Positions 43,239-53,727 of a stretch of 64,000 nucleotides of DNA are shown here, in pieces; the first letter of the stretch is position 1; each line of letters begins with the position of its first letter. The notes beneath the pieces are model-generated. The model was given only the letters and a program-made list of their open reading frames with translations. It was not told where the DNA came from and ran no database searches. This DNA comes from Leptolyngbyaceae cyanobacterium (GTDB taxonomy: Bacteria; Cyanobacteriota; Cyanobacteriia; Phormidesmidales; Phormidesmidaceae). Where the stretch lies: contig JBHJJI010000110.1 in the NCBI GenBank assembly GCA_050042805.1, positions 12,672 to 76,671 on the forward strand, read 5' to 3'. A program made the translations under genes and the position numbers.

Positions 43239-44957
43239 TTATAGGCGCTCAGCCAGTTTCTCGGCCACCATGGGCGGGCCGACCCAATAGCCTTGAATCA
43301 GGTCACAGCCATAGGCTATTAAGACCTCCATTTCGGGCTGGGTTTCAATGCCTTCGGCAATAATTTTGAGGCCGAGGTCATGAGCTAGGGCAATGATATT
43401 TCTGACGATGCTCTGATTTTTGACATCTTGATGAATGTTGCGCACAAAGGACGTGTCGATTTTGAGAATGTCGATGGGCAACTGTCGCAGATAGCCCAAA
43501 GAGGCGTAGCCGGTGCCAAAGTCATCGATCGCGATTTTGACGTTCAGAGCCTTGAGCTGTTCTAGCAGCGCGATCGCTGATTCGATATCTTGCATCAGGG
43601 CCGTTTCGGTTACCTCCAGTTCGAGATGATTGGGGGGTAACTGCGTCAGGGTGAGGATGTCTTGCAGGGTTTGCGCTAACCGGGACTGATTGAGTTGAAC
43701 ACTGGACAGGTTGACCGCGATCGCGACGACGGGCTGACCATGGCGCAGCCAGCTCGCCGTCTGGTCACAAACTGTTCTTAGCACCCACTCCCCAATGGGG
43801 ACAATTAGCCCCGTTTCTTCCGCTAGGGGGACAAAGCGAGCGGGCGAAATGTAGCCCGTATCAGGATGTCGCCAGCGGATCAAGGCTTCGGCTCCCACGA
43901 TGCGCTCTTGGCTGAGGCTGTATTTGGGTTGGTACCAGACTTCAAACTCATCGCGCTCCAGGGCTTTACGTAGCCAGGGTTCGAGCTGTAGCTCATCCCC
44001 CGAGACGACGGTCATATCGGGGCGATAAAACCGGTAAGAGTGGCTCTTTTGCACTTTGGCCCAGTCGAGAGCCGCATCGGCCTGCCGCAGCAGCACACTG
44101 ATGTCTTCTGAGTCATCGGGAAACATGACAATACCGATGCTGGCGGTCATAAAGACTTCTTGACCCGGCAGCGAAAACGAATGCCCCAAACTCTCAAAAA
44201 TTTCTTCGGCGATGGCGATAATCGTTTCTTGGTCGCGCGGGGCGGGCACCACAATGGCGAACTGATTTCCCGTCAGTCGAGCCACGGCGGTCGATCGCGG
44301 CAAAATTCCGGTCAGGCGACGAGCGGCTGCCCGCAATTCCGTATCCCCCGCCGCGTAGCCCAGCGTGTTGTTAATCTGGCGCAGCCGGTCTAGGCTCAAG
44401 GGCATCAGGGCCACCCGCTGTTTGCCGCCAGAGGCCCGCTCAGTGGCCTGCTGCAGTCGCTGCCGCAGTAGCTGGTAGTTGGGCAAATCGGTCAGACTGT
44501 CATAGTGCGACAGGCGATTGAGCCGCTCTGCCGTGTGGCGCATCAGAATGTTGTAGCGGTGAGTCAGGGCATCCTGCTTTTTGAAGCGAATGGCGATCGC
44601 CTCCAGCAAGTTGCGTTCGGTAAAGGGAATGACCAGACAATCATCGGCCCCTAGGTTCACGCCTTGTCGCCAGCGCAGCGGATCACGATTGTCCGTCAGC
44701 AAAATAATCGGAATCGCCAGTAAGTCGGGCTTGTTCTGGAGAGCTTGCAACAACTCAAAATTGTTGCCACCGGTTAACTCCACCCCGCAGAGAATGAGGT
44801 CAGGATGCTGCTTGCGAATGATGTCTAACGCGGTTGGAATTGCTTCAGTGACAATGGTTTCGTACCCTTCGCGGATCAGGATGGCAAGTTGTGACTCACG
44901 CTGTTCGCCATCGGCTGCAATGACCAGAATTTTTCGCATAGTAACCGAAACGTACAC
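43239..44957 (-). CDS. REC-GGDEF-EAL protein, probable c-di-GMP phosphodiesterase
   Basis: Receiver fold, YDSLTDLPN, degenerate TGNQF, intact EAL, DDFGTG, KID, AEGIE. Confidence 0.9.
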   Translation of the reverse strand: MYVSVTMRKILVIAADGEQRESQLAILIREGYETIVTEAIPTALDIIRKQHPDLILCGVELTGGNNFELLQALQNKPDLLAIPIILLTDNRDPLRWRQGVNLGADDCLVIPFTERNLLEAIAIRFKKQDALTHRYNILMRHTAERLNRLSHYDSLTDLPNYQLLRQRLQQATERASGGKQRVALMPLSLDRLRQINNTLGYAAGDTELRAAARRLTGILPRSTAVARLTGNQFAIVVPAPRDQETIIAIAEEIFESLGHSFSLPGQEVFMTASIGIVMFPDDSEDISVLLRQADAALDWAKVQKSHSYRFYRPDMTVVSGDELQLEPWLRKALERDEFEVWYQPKYSLSQERIVGAEALIRWRHPDTGYISPARFVPLAEETGLIVPIGEWVLRTVCDQTASWLRHGQPVVAIAVNLSSVQLNQSRLAQTLQDILTLTQLPPNHLELEVTETALMQDIESAIALLEQLKALNVKIAIDDFGTGYASLGYLRQLPIDILKIDTSFVRNIHQDVKNQSIVRNIIALAHDLGLKIIAEGIETQPEMEVLIAYGCDLIQGYWVGPPMVAEKLAERL

Positions 44958-45161
44958 ACTCCAAAAAGATTTTCACAGTGGCGACCCATCGCTTTTGAGG
45001 ATAAGGGCGATCGCCCCCATTTGCTGAGTCAGCCAACACAGAAGGCGGCCAGTCAATTCACCTCACCGCCATACCCATTTACCCCAGCGCGCCCTCAACC
45101 CACTTGAGTTCCCGAGCCGCCTTCAATCTCTGACCGGCTCAGGGGGCAGACGGTTCCAGCT

Positions 45162-45330
45162 AATACCGATTCTGCATGACAGCGCTACAGATCGAGTATC
45201 CCCCGCTGTCGCCGCCCCCTTGGGAAAGGGGCTATTCACCACCTGAATTTTGCTGCCCTCTTTTCCAACGGGGGTTGGGGGGATCGTTCCAGTACGGGCA
45301 TCGGTAGTCCAGTTTCAGAGAATTGGTATA
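45162..45330. mobile_element. longer MITE-like element with family A termini
   Basis: AATACCGATTCT / AGAATTGGTATA ends around a CCCCC...GGGGGTTGGGGGGAT hairpin cargo. Confidence 0.7.
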
Positions 45331-45601
45331 AGGCGTTGATATCAAGCTCGCTTAAAGAGATCTATCAAAAAGCATTTACTTTTCGTAGAGGGCTCATAGC
45401 CCTTTGGGCTATCGCCTGTCAGGTATGGTGGCGCTAAAGCGGCAGCGGCACGCAGCCATGCAGCGGTATTTTCAGACCCAGCAATCGCCTTGGCAGGCTG
45501 CTGAAACTCAGAACAAATTAGTGACCCGAGGTGGCTATGACGACAGTCCAGTCTCATCCCCCGCCATCGATTTGGGCCGGAGATTTGGGCTAGGCGGCAG
45601 C

Positions 45602-46954
45602 TCATGCCCCACAAACTTGGTTCAGGGTTGCCCAAAAAGTGGGATAAGAAATGGCCGCCGCTTCCGCGCGTTGCAGAGTGGTCGTACCGGTAGCGCGTAA
45701 GGCAGCGATCGCCAAACTCATGCCCACTCGATGATCGGTAAAGCTGTCAACGGTATCGCCCTTCAAAGTGGAAAGCCCGCCGACAATTTCTAACCCGTCG
45801 GGTCGCTCGGTGACCTGAGCCCCCAAGCGGTTGAGCTCAGAGGCCATGGCGGCAATGCGATCGCTCTCTTTGACCCGTAGCTCCGCCGCGTCTCGAATTA
45901 CCGTCGTGCCCTTAGCAAAGAGCGCCGCCACCGCCAGAATGGGAATTTCGTCGATCAGGCGTGGAATCAGGTCGCCGCCTAGCGTCGTCGCCGTTAGCGG
46001 GCCGTGGCGCACCCGCAAGTCAGCCACCGGTTCTCCGGTGACTAGGCGTTCGTTTTCGAGCGTGATGTCGGCATTCATCGCCTGCAACGCTTCTAAAATG
46101 CCGGTGCGCGTAGGGTTGACGCCGACATTTTCAATCACCAACTCCGACCCCGGCGTGATCGCGGCCCCCACTAGCCAAAACGCGGCGGAGCTAATATCCC
46201 CCGGTACAATCACCGTTTGTCCCGTCAGGGTAGCGGGGCCGTTGACCGTCACCGTACGACTGGGCTGATCGACCGTGAGATCGGCTCCAAACGCCTGCAG
46301 CATCCGCTCACTGTGATCGCGGGAGAGACTGGGTTCAGTGACGGTCGTCTGGCCTTCGGTCAGCAGTCCGGCTAGCAGCACGCATGATTTCACCTGAGCG
46401 GAGGCGACTGGCGAGTGATAGTGAGTGGGCTTGAGCGCCTGACCTTGAACAGCCAAAGGCGCCAGGGTGTTCTGTTGCCGCCCCCAAATGTGAGCGCCCA
46501 TCGCCGTCAGCGGCTTAATTACGCGCCCCATCGGCCGCGATCGCAGGGAGTCATCCCCCGTAACGGCTAAAAATCGATCGGGGTGCGAGGCCAGCAGCCC
46601 CAGCATCAGCCGCAGGGTCGTACCGGAGTTGCCCGCATCCAGCACCGTTGACGGTTCCTGCAGGTTGCCCAGCCCCACACCGTTGACCACGACCCACTCA
46701 GCTTCTAAGTCCGACAGCTGTACCCCCATGGCGGCGAAGCAAGCCGCCGTACTGCGCGGGTCTTCGCCTAGCAAGAGTCCTTGAATGCGGGTTTCACCTT
46801 GGGCGATCGCCCCCAGCATTAAGGCGCGATGGGAGATGGATTTGTCACCGGGCACGCGGATGCGACCGGTAAGGGCACCGCCCTCAGCGGGCATCGTTAC
46901 CGTGAGCTGTTGATGGGGAGGTGTAGAGGCAATTTGAAAGAGCGATGCAGTCAT
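45602..46954 (-). CDS. aroA: 3-phosphoshikimate 1-carboxyvinyltransferase
   Basis: [32 protein letters not shown]. Confidence 0.97.
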   Translation of the reverse strand: MTASLFQIASTPPHQQLTVTMPAEGGALTGRIRVPGDKSISHRALMLGAIAQGETRIQGLLLGEDPRSTAACFAAMGVQLSDLEAEWVVVNGVGLGNLQEPSTVLDAGNSGTTLRLMLGLLASHPDRFLAVTGDDSLRSRPMGRVIKPLTAMGAHIWGRQQNTLAPLAVQGQALKPTHYHSPVASAQVKSCVLLAGLLTEGQTTVTEPSLSRDHSERMLQAFGADLTVDQPSRTVTVNGPATLTGQTVIVPGDISSAAFWLVGAAITPGSELVIENVGVNPTRTGILEALQAMNADITLENERLVTGEPVADLRVRHGPLTATTLGGDLIPRLIDEIPILAVAALFAKGTTVIRDAAELRVKESDRIAAMASELNRLGAQVTERPDGLEIVGGLSTLKGDTVDSFTDHRVGMSLAIAALRATGTTTLQRAEAAAISYPTFWATLNQVCGA

Positions 46955-47143
46955 AGTGGGGGTGTGATAAACCGCCAGCGATTGTAAAGGCACAGCGTCA
47001 CACCGACAAGGGGCCGTCACCGTTCACTCACGCCAGCTTCATAGCGCCCTGACTGTAACAGGTTGTGCGATCGCCTTGCGCATTTTGAGCAGGACAGGGA
47101 GAATAAAATAGTTCATAGGTACTGATTGCGTGAGGTGAAGATC

Positions 47144-47386
47144 ATGGCATCCCCCACTGTCAGCTTTCGGATAGAAATTGTAGATGGCTGTGCCCTCGGC
47201 TGTCTCACCGTCCCATTAACCCAAGTTGCCGACTGGCTCAATTTCTTAGCCACTCCTCACTATCGAGCCGATCTGGTTTCAGCGGAGCAAGCGGGCGATC
47301 GCTTGGCGGTCTATTTTGAGGCGAGTCAGGGCCTTTACAGCTATTTAGAAAGCCGTTTAATGTCCCCGTTGCCCGTTGCTGCATAG
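47144..47386 (+). CDS. small hypothetical protein
   Basis: GAGG RBS; VADWLNFLATPHY..VYFEA pattern. Confidence 0.7.
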   Translation: MASPTVSFRIEIVDGCALGCLTVPLTQVADWLNFLATPHYRADLVSAEQAGDRLAVYFEASQGLYSYLESRLMSPLPVAA

Positions 47387-47448
47387 AGGGAAGGTGGCAA
47401 GGGGTGAAGGCGACGGGGCGTTTCATTGGCGACTGGCACTTGCAATTC

Positions 47449-47568
47449 TGTTGCAGAATTTGGCAGTCAGCAGTCGGCAGTCGGAATGCGGAAGTCGGAA
47501 TTGAAAGATTGATTCAGATGCTGATCTCGGCAATCCGGTATGGCTTGAGCAAGGTGCAGCTGACTATC
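47449..47568 (+). mobile_element. miniature element, family B diverged copy
   Basis: Colinear with 3901-4005; expanded CAGTCGG/AAGTCGG heptamers. Confidence 0.55.
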
Positions 47569-47670
47569 AATACCGACTTTTTTGAAACCAGACAACAAAT
47601 CTGGCTACCTTGCCCTAGGCTCATCGGCATTGCCAAGATGGCCTGACAAGTCCGATCACTGAGAAGCATG
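47569..47670 (-). mobile_element. MITE-like element, family A copy 6 (overlaps rsmB stop)
   Basis: AATACCGAC...GGCATTGCCAAGATGGC...GTCCGATCACTGAGAA. Confidence 0.7.
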
Positions 47671-49044
47671 ATCAGCTCGTCCCAACCGCACCATAAAGAA
47701 TCCGTCCATCTGCTGGCGCTGGGGCCACACTTTGATCCAGCCCTCGGGCATGGCGTAGGCAGCCACTGCTTCATCAACACGCGGCGGCAGAATTTGCCAG
47801 TCGGGCTGGGCGGCGAGGAACTGTTGAACGACCGCCTCATTTTCGGCAGGATGCAGGGTGCAGGGGGCATAGACCAGTGTGCCGCTGGGTTTAACCCAGG
47901 TGGCGGCTTGGGCCAGCAATTGCCCCTGTAGCTGCGTCAGTTCGGCCACTGTTTCCGGGGTTTGCCGCCAGCGGGCATCGGCGTGGCGGTGCAGCGTTCC
48001 CAGTCCCGAGCAGGGCGCATCGACTAAGACGCGATCGCCCTGCCCAGCAAACCGCGTCAGGGTGGTGCTATCGCCGGTAAAGGTTTTAACGCTGGTGAGC
48101 TGCAGGCGCTTGAGGTTTTGCTTCACCTTCTTGAGGCGTGAGGTGGTGCGATCGCAGGCCCAAATCAGCCCCTCATCGCCCATGAGTTCGGCTAGATGAG
48201 TCGTTTTGCCTCCGGGGGCCGCGCAGGCAGCAATCACCACCATGCCCGGCTGCGGATCAACGAGGGCGCTGACTAATTGAGCACTGGCATCCTGCACCGT
48301 CCACCAGCCGTCGGCATAGCCCGGGAGCTGCTGAATGGCCCCGACGTGATGGGTCAGGCGCAGGCTCTGGGGTAAGTGTGGCAGTGGCTGCGTCTCAATG
48401 CCTGCGGCTAAAAACGTTTGCACGAGATCAGTCACAGAGGTCTTAAGCGGATTGACGCGCAAGTCGATCGTCGGGGATTGATTAAACCAATCACAAAGCC
48501 GCTCGGTTTCCTCCCAGCCCAATTGCTGCTGCCACAGCGCCACGATCCAGTCGGGGTAACTGTGGCGAATGGCTAGCGCCTGCAGGCGATCGCTCGGCAC
48601 CACCAGTGGATCTGCCGTCGATTGGCGCAGGCGAATGTATTGGCGCAAAATGCCGTTAGCCACGCCGGATAGTTTGCCTTTGCTAATGGCCTTAGCCAGT
48701 TCGACGCTGGTGTTGACCGCTGCTGACTCGGGTACCTGAGTCAAAAACCGCAGCTGATATAAGCCTAGATGCAGCACAATGCGCAGATCGAGGGGCTGCT
48801 GGTGAGCGGCTCGTTTGCCGAGCTGATCAATCAGGGCATCTAAGGTGCGCTGACGGCGCACAGTACCGTAGACCAATTCTGTGGCAAAGGGGCGATCGAC
48901 CGCACTGAGCTGGCGCTGATGCAACAAACGGTGCAGCACTACATCGGCAAACCCGCCCCGATAAATTTCCTTTAAAGCATCAAACGCCAGCTGGCGGGCT
49001 GGCGAGAGAACGTTCGCATTCACTTCAGTTGACACGGTACTCAA
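47656..49044 (-). CDS. rsmB: 16S rRNA m5C967 methyltransferase
   Basis: NusB-like N-domain, QDASAQL, CAAPGGKT, DAPCSGLG, ENE. Confidence 0.93.
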   Translation of the reverse strand: MSTVSTEVNANVLSPARQLAFDALKEIYRGGFADVVLHRLLHQRQLSAVDRPFATELVYGTVRRQRTLDALIDQLGKRAAHQQPLDLRIVLHLGLYQLRFLTQVPESAAVNTSVELAKAISKGKLSGVANGILRQYIRLRQSTADPLVVPSDRLQALAIRHSYPDWIVALWQQQLGWEETERLCDWFNQSPTIDLRVNPLKTSVTDLVQTFLAAGIETQPLPHLPQSLRLTHHVGAIQQLPGYADGWWTVQDASAQLVSALVDPQPGMVVIAACAAPGGKTTHLAELMGDEGLIWACDRTTSRLKKVKQNLKRLQLTSVKTFTGDSTTLTRFAGQGDRVLVDAPCSGLGTLHRHADARWRQTPETVAELTQLQGQLLAQAATWVKPSGTLVYAPCTLHPAENEAVVQQFLAAQPDWQILPPRVDEAVAAYAMPEGWIKVWPQRQQMDGFFMVRLGRADHASQ

Positions 49045-49138
49045 CGGCTAATGATGTCTGCTGGCGGGGCTGATTCCAGATCTGAACGGATTGCTAACAG
49101 CCATCCAGCTGCTTGCAAACATTGACGCCAACAGGCTG

Positions 49139-49333
49139 CTATTCAGCAAGGCCCTTCTTCTTACTCTTCTTTTTGATGCGTGGCGCACTCGCCTGCAGTT
49201 CTCGCTGCCGCCGACGGCGATCGCGCCATTCCACCGCAGTTAGATAAACCACGCCGCCAGTGACGACGAGCATCAGCGCCGCCGCTAAGACAGCCAACAC
49301 CGAAAAGGCCTGGGCCTCAAACGCTGTATTCAT
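49139..49333 (-). CDS. small single-TM protein
   Basis: VTGGVVYLTAVEWRDRRRR; directly downstream of petN. Confidence 0.7.
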   Translation of the reverse strand: MNTAFEAQAFSVLAVLAAALMLVVTGGVVYLTAVEWRDRRRRQRELQASAPRIKKKSKKKGLAE

Positions 49334-49390
49334 GATTTACCAATCGTCACAAGCCACTACTATCAAATCGGAATCTAATCAGGTCTGGAT

Positions 49391-49480
49391 TTAGAAGCCG
49401 TTGCGTCCCCAAACCACCATCGAGAGCGAAAAGGAGAAAACCACGAGCAGCGAAACCCAACCCAGCGTCAAAATATCCAT
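49391..49480 (-). CDS. petN: cytochrome b6f subunit PetN
   Basis: Manual translation [29 protein letters not shown]. Confidence 0.95.
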   Translation of the reverse strand: MDILTLGWVSLLVVFSFSLSMVVWGRNGF

Positions 49481-49557
49481 AGGTGTCTTACAGCAAGAAT
49501 TCACAGTGCATCATCCATGATAAAACAAAGCCCACCCGCAGACGTGACGATTTTGCA

Positions 49558-50016
49558 ATGAATCAGGCTTCTCCCTTTACGCCCGCCGAGCGCCTTGAAT
49601 CTCTAAAGGCCGCCCTATGCGGCGCGACTTGCGCGGGTTTGCTCAGTCTGGCTCAACTGATCAGTCACCGCTGGCCCCTGACCAGTCTGCCGCCGCTCCG
49701 CGATCTGTTGTCCAGCTTGGCGGGGTTGACCCTGCTGGTAACCGGGGCGATCGCCCTGCTGTCTGGCGCGTTGTTTGCCCTGACCTATCGCTACGCTATT
49801 CGCCGCGACGATAACCCTCAGCTCAAAGCCGGGGTGGTGCTGGCATTTACCCTGGTGCGCGGCTTGGCCCAGGTCGATGCCGGATCGGCGATCACGCAAA
49901 ACTTCTGGCCCTTTTTTGCCGCCTGTGGTGAAAGCTTGGTGCTGTTTGGCGGCTGCGCGATCGCGCTGAATCTGGCGTTGCGATGGCAGTGGCTACAGCC
50001 CTTTGGCGAAAAATAG
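49558..50016 (+). CDS. conserved cyanobacterial membrane protein
   Basis: ERLESLKA, TYRYAIRRDDNPQLKAGVVLAF.LVRGLAQ. Confidence 0.75.
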   Translation: MNQASPFTPAERLESLKAALCGATCAGLLSLAQLISHRWPLTSLPPLRDLLSSLAGLTLLVTGAIALLSGALFALTYRYAIRRDDNPQLKAGVVLAFTLVRGLAQVDAGSAITQNFWPFFAACGESLVLFGGCAIALNLALRWQWLQPFGEK

Positions 50017-50278
50017 CGGCAATGCTAATTGGCGATGAGCGGACAACCCAGGCGTCTTGCTCAATGTCAGGGAACCCAGGAACAGGGGGCCAAGCTTGGA
50101 ATCTTATCTTGTGACTGAATATGGACACGGCAAATTGTCGGTTAGACAACGGGGCGATCTCGCTGGATTTCTCGCCCTCCATTGGTGTGTAATCCCCCAT
50201 CGCCGGGACGGCTGAGAAATAAAGCCGACGGGATATGCTGGTGATATCATAGATTGCGGCGATCGCGAGGATGTCCCC

Positions 50279-50647
50279 ATGAGCTTGTTAGGCAATATTA
50301 TCTGGCTGATTTTTGGCGGATTTTTCAGCGGTATCGGCTACATTCTTGGTGGCTTGAGTACTTGCCTCACCATCATTGGTATTCCGTTTGGGCTGGCGAC
50401 CATTCAAGTGGGCATCGCTTCGTTCACTCCCTTTGGCCGTGAAATCAAAAAAAGTCCAGAAGCAGATAGTGCCCTGTACCAAATTCTCAACGTCGTTTGG
50501 ATTGTGGTGTTTGGCTGGGCGATCGCCCTTAATCATCTCTTTTGGGGAATTTTGTTGGCGATCACCATCATTGGTCTGCCCTTTGCCAAGCAACACTTCA
50601 AGCTGATGGTATTGGCGCTATTTCCCTTTGGCCGCAGCTTTGAGTAG
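50279..50647 (+). CDS. YccF-domain membrane protein
   Basis: Duplicated N.IW..FGG / TIIGIPF / PFG motif. Confidence 0.9.
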   Translation: MSLLGNIIWLIFGGFFSGIGYILGGLSTCLTIIGIPFGLATIQVGIASFTPFGREIKKSPEADSALYQILNVVWIVVFGWAIALNHLFWGILLAITIIGLPFAKQHFKLMVLALFPFGRSFE

Positions 50648-50695
50648 CGCGATCGTGATGTCCGTCAGTCGGCGGAGTCTCTGGCAAACCGCAGT

Positions 50696-50800
50696 TATAG
50701 CCGAATTCGGAATGGAGAAGTCGGAAGTCAGAATTAAGAAGCTTATCTGAGGGTGATTTCAGGCATTGGGAGTGACCTGATCAAACTGCGGCTTGCTATA
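50696..50800 (+). mobile_element. miniature element, family B copy 2
   Basis: TATAGC...GCTATA ends, 105 bp, near-identical to 3901-4005. Confidence 0.8.
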
Positions 50801-51025
50801 GGTGAAGACACTCCGGATCGTTGAAGTCGTGATTTGACCAGCATTTCAACTCTGTAGGGCCTTGCCCTTCCCGAAGGGGATTCGGCTATATATGCCAAAT
50901 AATCCAGTTTTGCCTCCGCTCAACCGACTGGCGGCTGAAGATTGAGCGCGATCGTTGCCCAATCTCTCCCTGCGCAGAAACCGAGAGAGGATACCCGTCA
51001 GCCTTTCCACTCACGCAGAATGGGC

Positions 51026-51652
51026 TCAAATGGTCTTTGGCACTTTGCCATAGGCCTGCCAGGCTAAATCAATCAGGCCGTTCATGATGGCGACGGCTAG
51101 CACCGGATTGCCCTTTTGACCTTCGATGCGGATGTTCGGCACCATCGATTCGTCCAGTCGATTTTTGAGCACATCAACATCTAAAAATCCCGCTGGTGAA
51201 GCGATGATCAGAGCCGGACGCACCTCACCGGCTTCCACCAGCTCGATCAGCGCTTCCAAGGCTGTCTGTGACTCGCCTACCACAAAAATTCCTTCTGGAT
51301 AGCGTTTGGCCAGCGTTTCGATGCCCCAAGCCGTTTTGCTTTTGCCCTTTTGGGGACGGGTCAGCGCATCCATGCTGCAATAAACGGGGTTCACAAAGGT
51401 TTCTTGAATCGGTGGTGCCACGCCCACCTGCACCATGGGCACATCCACCACGATGGTGGTTCTCGCGGCGAGAGCAGCAGCCCCTGAGGTCAAGGCATGT
51501 TCAGAAAAGTGAATCAGTGAGGCAAACTCAAAATCAGCGGTGGCATAAATGACACGCCGCACCAGCTCGTACTCAGAGGGGGTAAACATGTGATTGCCAA
51601 TCTCGCGATCGATCACCCTGAGGCTCTGCGCGTCGCTGACATGCCATTCCAT
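51026..51652 (-). CDS. cobH: precorrin-8X methylmutase (CobH/CbiC family)
   Basis: SLRVIDREIG, RRVIYATADF, DVPMVQVG. Confidence 0.8.
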   Translation of the reverse strand: MEWHVSDAQSLRVIDREIGNHMFTPSEYELVRRVIYATADFEFASLIHFSEHALTSGAAALAARTTIVVDVPMVQVGVAPPIQETFVNPVYCSMDALTRPQKGKSKTAWGIETLAKRYPEGIFVVGESQTALEALIELVEAGEVRPALIIASPAGFLDVDVLKNRLDESMVPNIRIEGQKGNPVLAVAIMNGLIDLAWQAYGKVPKTI

Positions 51653-51765
51653 CGCTTGCTCCCAGCACCGTCTGAAGGTTTGTGCCTACAGTATACGGTC
51701 TGCTGAAAGGGCTGAAACGGGTAACCGTGAACTCCTTGCCAGGCGGTCACTGAGGCGGTTGATCA

Positions 51766-51955
51766 GGTCGTTTCTCTTGGCTGAAGCGACCAATCCAGGT
51801 CATTGCAGGGTGGGGAGTCGAGGCTAGAGGGCGAACCGGTGTCGCCGTGTTTCCATGAATTGGGATCATCCCAATTCTCAGTGATTCGGGCTCCCCATGT
51901 CATTTTGGCAACGCAGGGGGGCAGATTTGTCGTCTTTGTTCAGAGAGTCGGAATA
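51766..51955 (+). mobile_element. two tandem degenerate family A elements
   Basis: Junction ATGAATTGGGAT-C-ATCCCAATTCTCAGTGAT; second copy 51867-51955 is clear, first is degenerate. Confidence 0.6.
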
Positions 51956-51972
51956 ACAGTTCTGCTTGGCCG

Positions 51973-52788
51973 TCATGAAAGGGACGGGTAATGTTCTTTA
52001 AGCCAGGCTTGCAGGTCGCTCACGACCTGATCCGAAATCTCCCAGGGAAACAGGTGAGCGGTGGCGGGATAACTTTTGTACGTGCTGTGTTGAAGATGCT
52101 GCGCCGTTTCATAGCTGGAGCTGGCGGTGATGTGGCGATCGCATTCCCCTGCTAACACCAGCGCCGGTACGGTGATATTGGCCAGCTCGGGCAGCCGGTC
52201 ATACCCTTGTCGCAGTGCGGTATTGAGCGCTGTATTAGCCGGTTTAGACGTTTGCAAAAAAGCAGGAAACGCCTCCTGGGCCAAGCGTTGATAGGCGGCT
52301 GGATGGTGCTGCTGAATCAAATACCGGTAGAGCGATCGCGGGCCAAACGTGGCAATGTTCCACTGCCAGCCAGGGGCTAGACGATTGAGAATTGAGGTGA
52401 TCGCGGTGAATACGTTGTCTTGCCAGGTGATGGGCGGATGGCTGCCTCGTGGTCGTGCCGCTGTGCCCAACAACATCAGGCCGGTCACGCGTTGCGGATA
52501 TTGCAGCGCCAGCTCCATCGCCAGAATTCCGCCCAGCGACCAGCCCAACACCACGCACTGCTCAACAGCAAAGCGATCGAGCAGTTCGACCAGATCGTCT
52601 AAATGCTGGGTCATGGTGAAGGGCGTTGCCGTGCGGCTCTGACCATAGCCCCGCAGATCTGGGGCCAGGGTCTTGAAATGGTCAGCCAACGGCTCAGTAA
52701 AGACGTTCATACAGTGCTTGCTGCCCGGATGCCCATGCAAACACAACAGGGGATAGCCTTGGCCGTTAACGACTGTCTCCAGCTTCAC
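51973..52788 (-). CDS. alpha/beta hydrolase
   Basis: LHGHPG, PDLRGYG, GWSLGG nucleophile elbow, AHLFPWE. Confidence 0.9.
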   Translation of the reverse strand: MKLETVVNGQGYPLLCLHGHPGSKHCMNVFTEPLADHFKTLAPDLRGYGQSRTATPFTMTQHLDDLVELLDRFAVEQCVVLGWSLGGILAMELALQYPQRVTGLMLLGTAARPRGSHPPITWQDNVFTAITSILNRLAPGWQWNIATFGPRSLYRYLIQQHHPAAYQRLAQEAFPAFLQTSKPANTALNTALRQGYDRLPELANITVPALVLAGECDRHITASSSYETAQHLQHSTYKSYPATAHLFPWEISDQVVSDLQAWLKEHYPSLS

Positions 52789-52952
52789 CTCGGTTGCCTC
52801 ATGCGTAGAAATGGCCTGACTGTGCTCAGAAAAAGGACGGCATCATTCGGACTGGATGCCGTCCTACAAATCGATTGATTAAGAGGGCAGGTCACCAGCC
52901 AGTTTTGGCAAACCCGCGATCGCCGGTATCCCTGCCCTGACTGTCGCTGTCG

Positions 52953-53351
52953 CTAGGACTGCTTTTCGAAATCTAAAGAAGCCGAGTTGATGCAGTAGCG
53001 CTTGCCGGTCGGGGCGGGGCCATCGTTAAAGACGTGACCCAAGTGCGCATCACAGGCGCTGCAAAGCACCTCAGTACGCATCATAAACAGGCTCATATCT
53101 TTCTTCGTGGCGACATTTTTATCTTCGGCAGGTGCCCAGAAGCTCGGCCAGCCGGTGCCTGAGTCAAATTTTTCATCAGACTTAAACAGCTCGGTGCCGC
53201 AGCAGATGCATTTGTAAACACCCGCTTCTTTGTTGGCGTGATATTGCCCCGTAAAAGCGCGCTCAGTGCCCTTCTCGCGGGTCACATGATATTGCTCAGG
53301 AGTGAGCTGTTCCTGCCACTCAGCTTTAGATTTTTGAACTTTTTCAACCAT
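52953..53351 (-). CDS. msrB: methionine-R-sulfoxide reductase
   Basis: [31 protein letters not shown]. Confidence 0.96.
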   Translation of the reverse strand: MVEKVQKSKAEWQEQLTPEQYHVTREKGTERAFTGQYHANKEAGVYKCICCGTELFKSDEKFDSGTGWPSFWAPAEDKNVATKKDMSLFMMRTEVLCSACDAHLGHVFNDGPAPTGKRYCINSASLDFEKQS

Positions 53352-53555
53352 AGTAATTTTGTCGAGTGCAATAAGGGGTTTACCCTGAAATGCCCACATC
53401 GGGCGGGCACCCAGGTCAAAAGGTTGGTCTTATCGTAACGTAGTGTCTCCATCCACCGGAGGCGTGAAAAGCCTGTTGCGCTGTACGTAAAACCGCCATG
53501 CCAGAATTTTCTGCGATCGCTACAAAATGATCCAGCTTCTGTCGTTGAACGACTG

Positions 53556-53659
53556 TTTACCCCATTTTCAGCGGTTGATTCCCGAGAATCTTGGCCACGC
53601 CGAGGGAGCTGAGGGGCAGGGGGCTGGATTTGTCGTCTGGCTTTGGTGCATCGGGATTA
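53556..53659 (+). mobile_element. MITE-like element, family A degenerate copy
   Basis: ATCTTGGCCACGCCGAGGGAGCTGAGGGGCAGGGGGCTGGATTTGTCG...GCATCGGGAT. Confidence 0.55.
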
Positions 53660-53727
53660 AGTCCCTTTTGAATTTGGGGCATGGCTGCAATGGAATGAAC
53701 GAGGGCATGGCGTTCGGGAGCGCGGGT

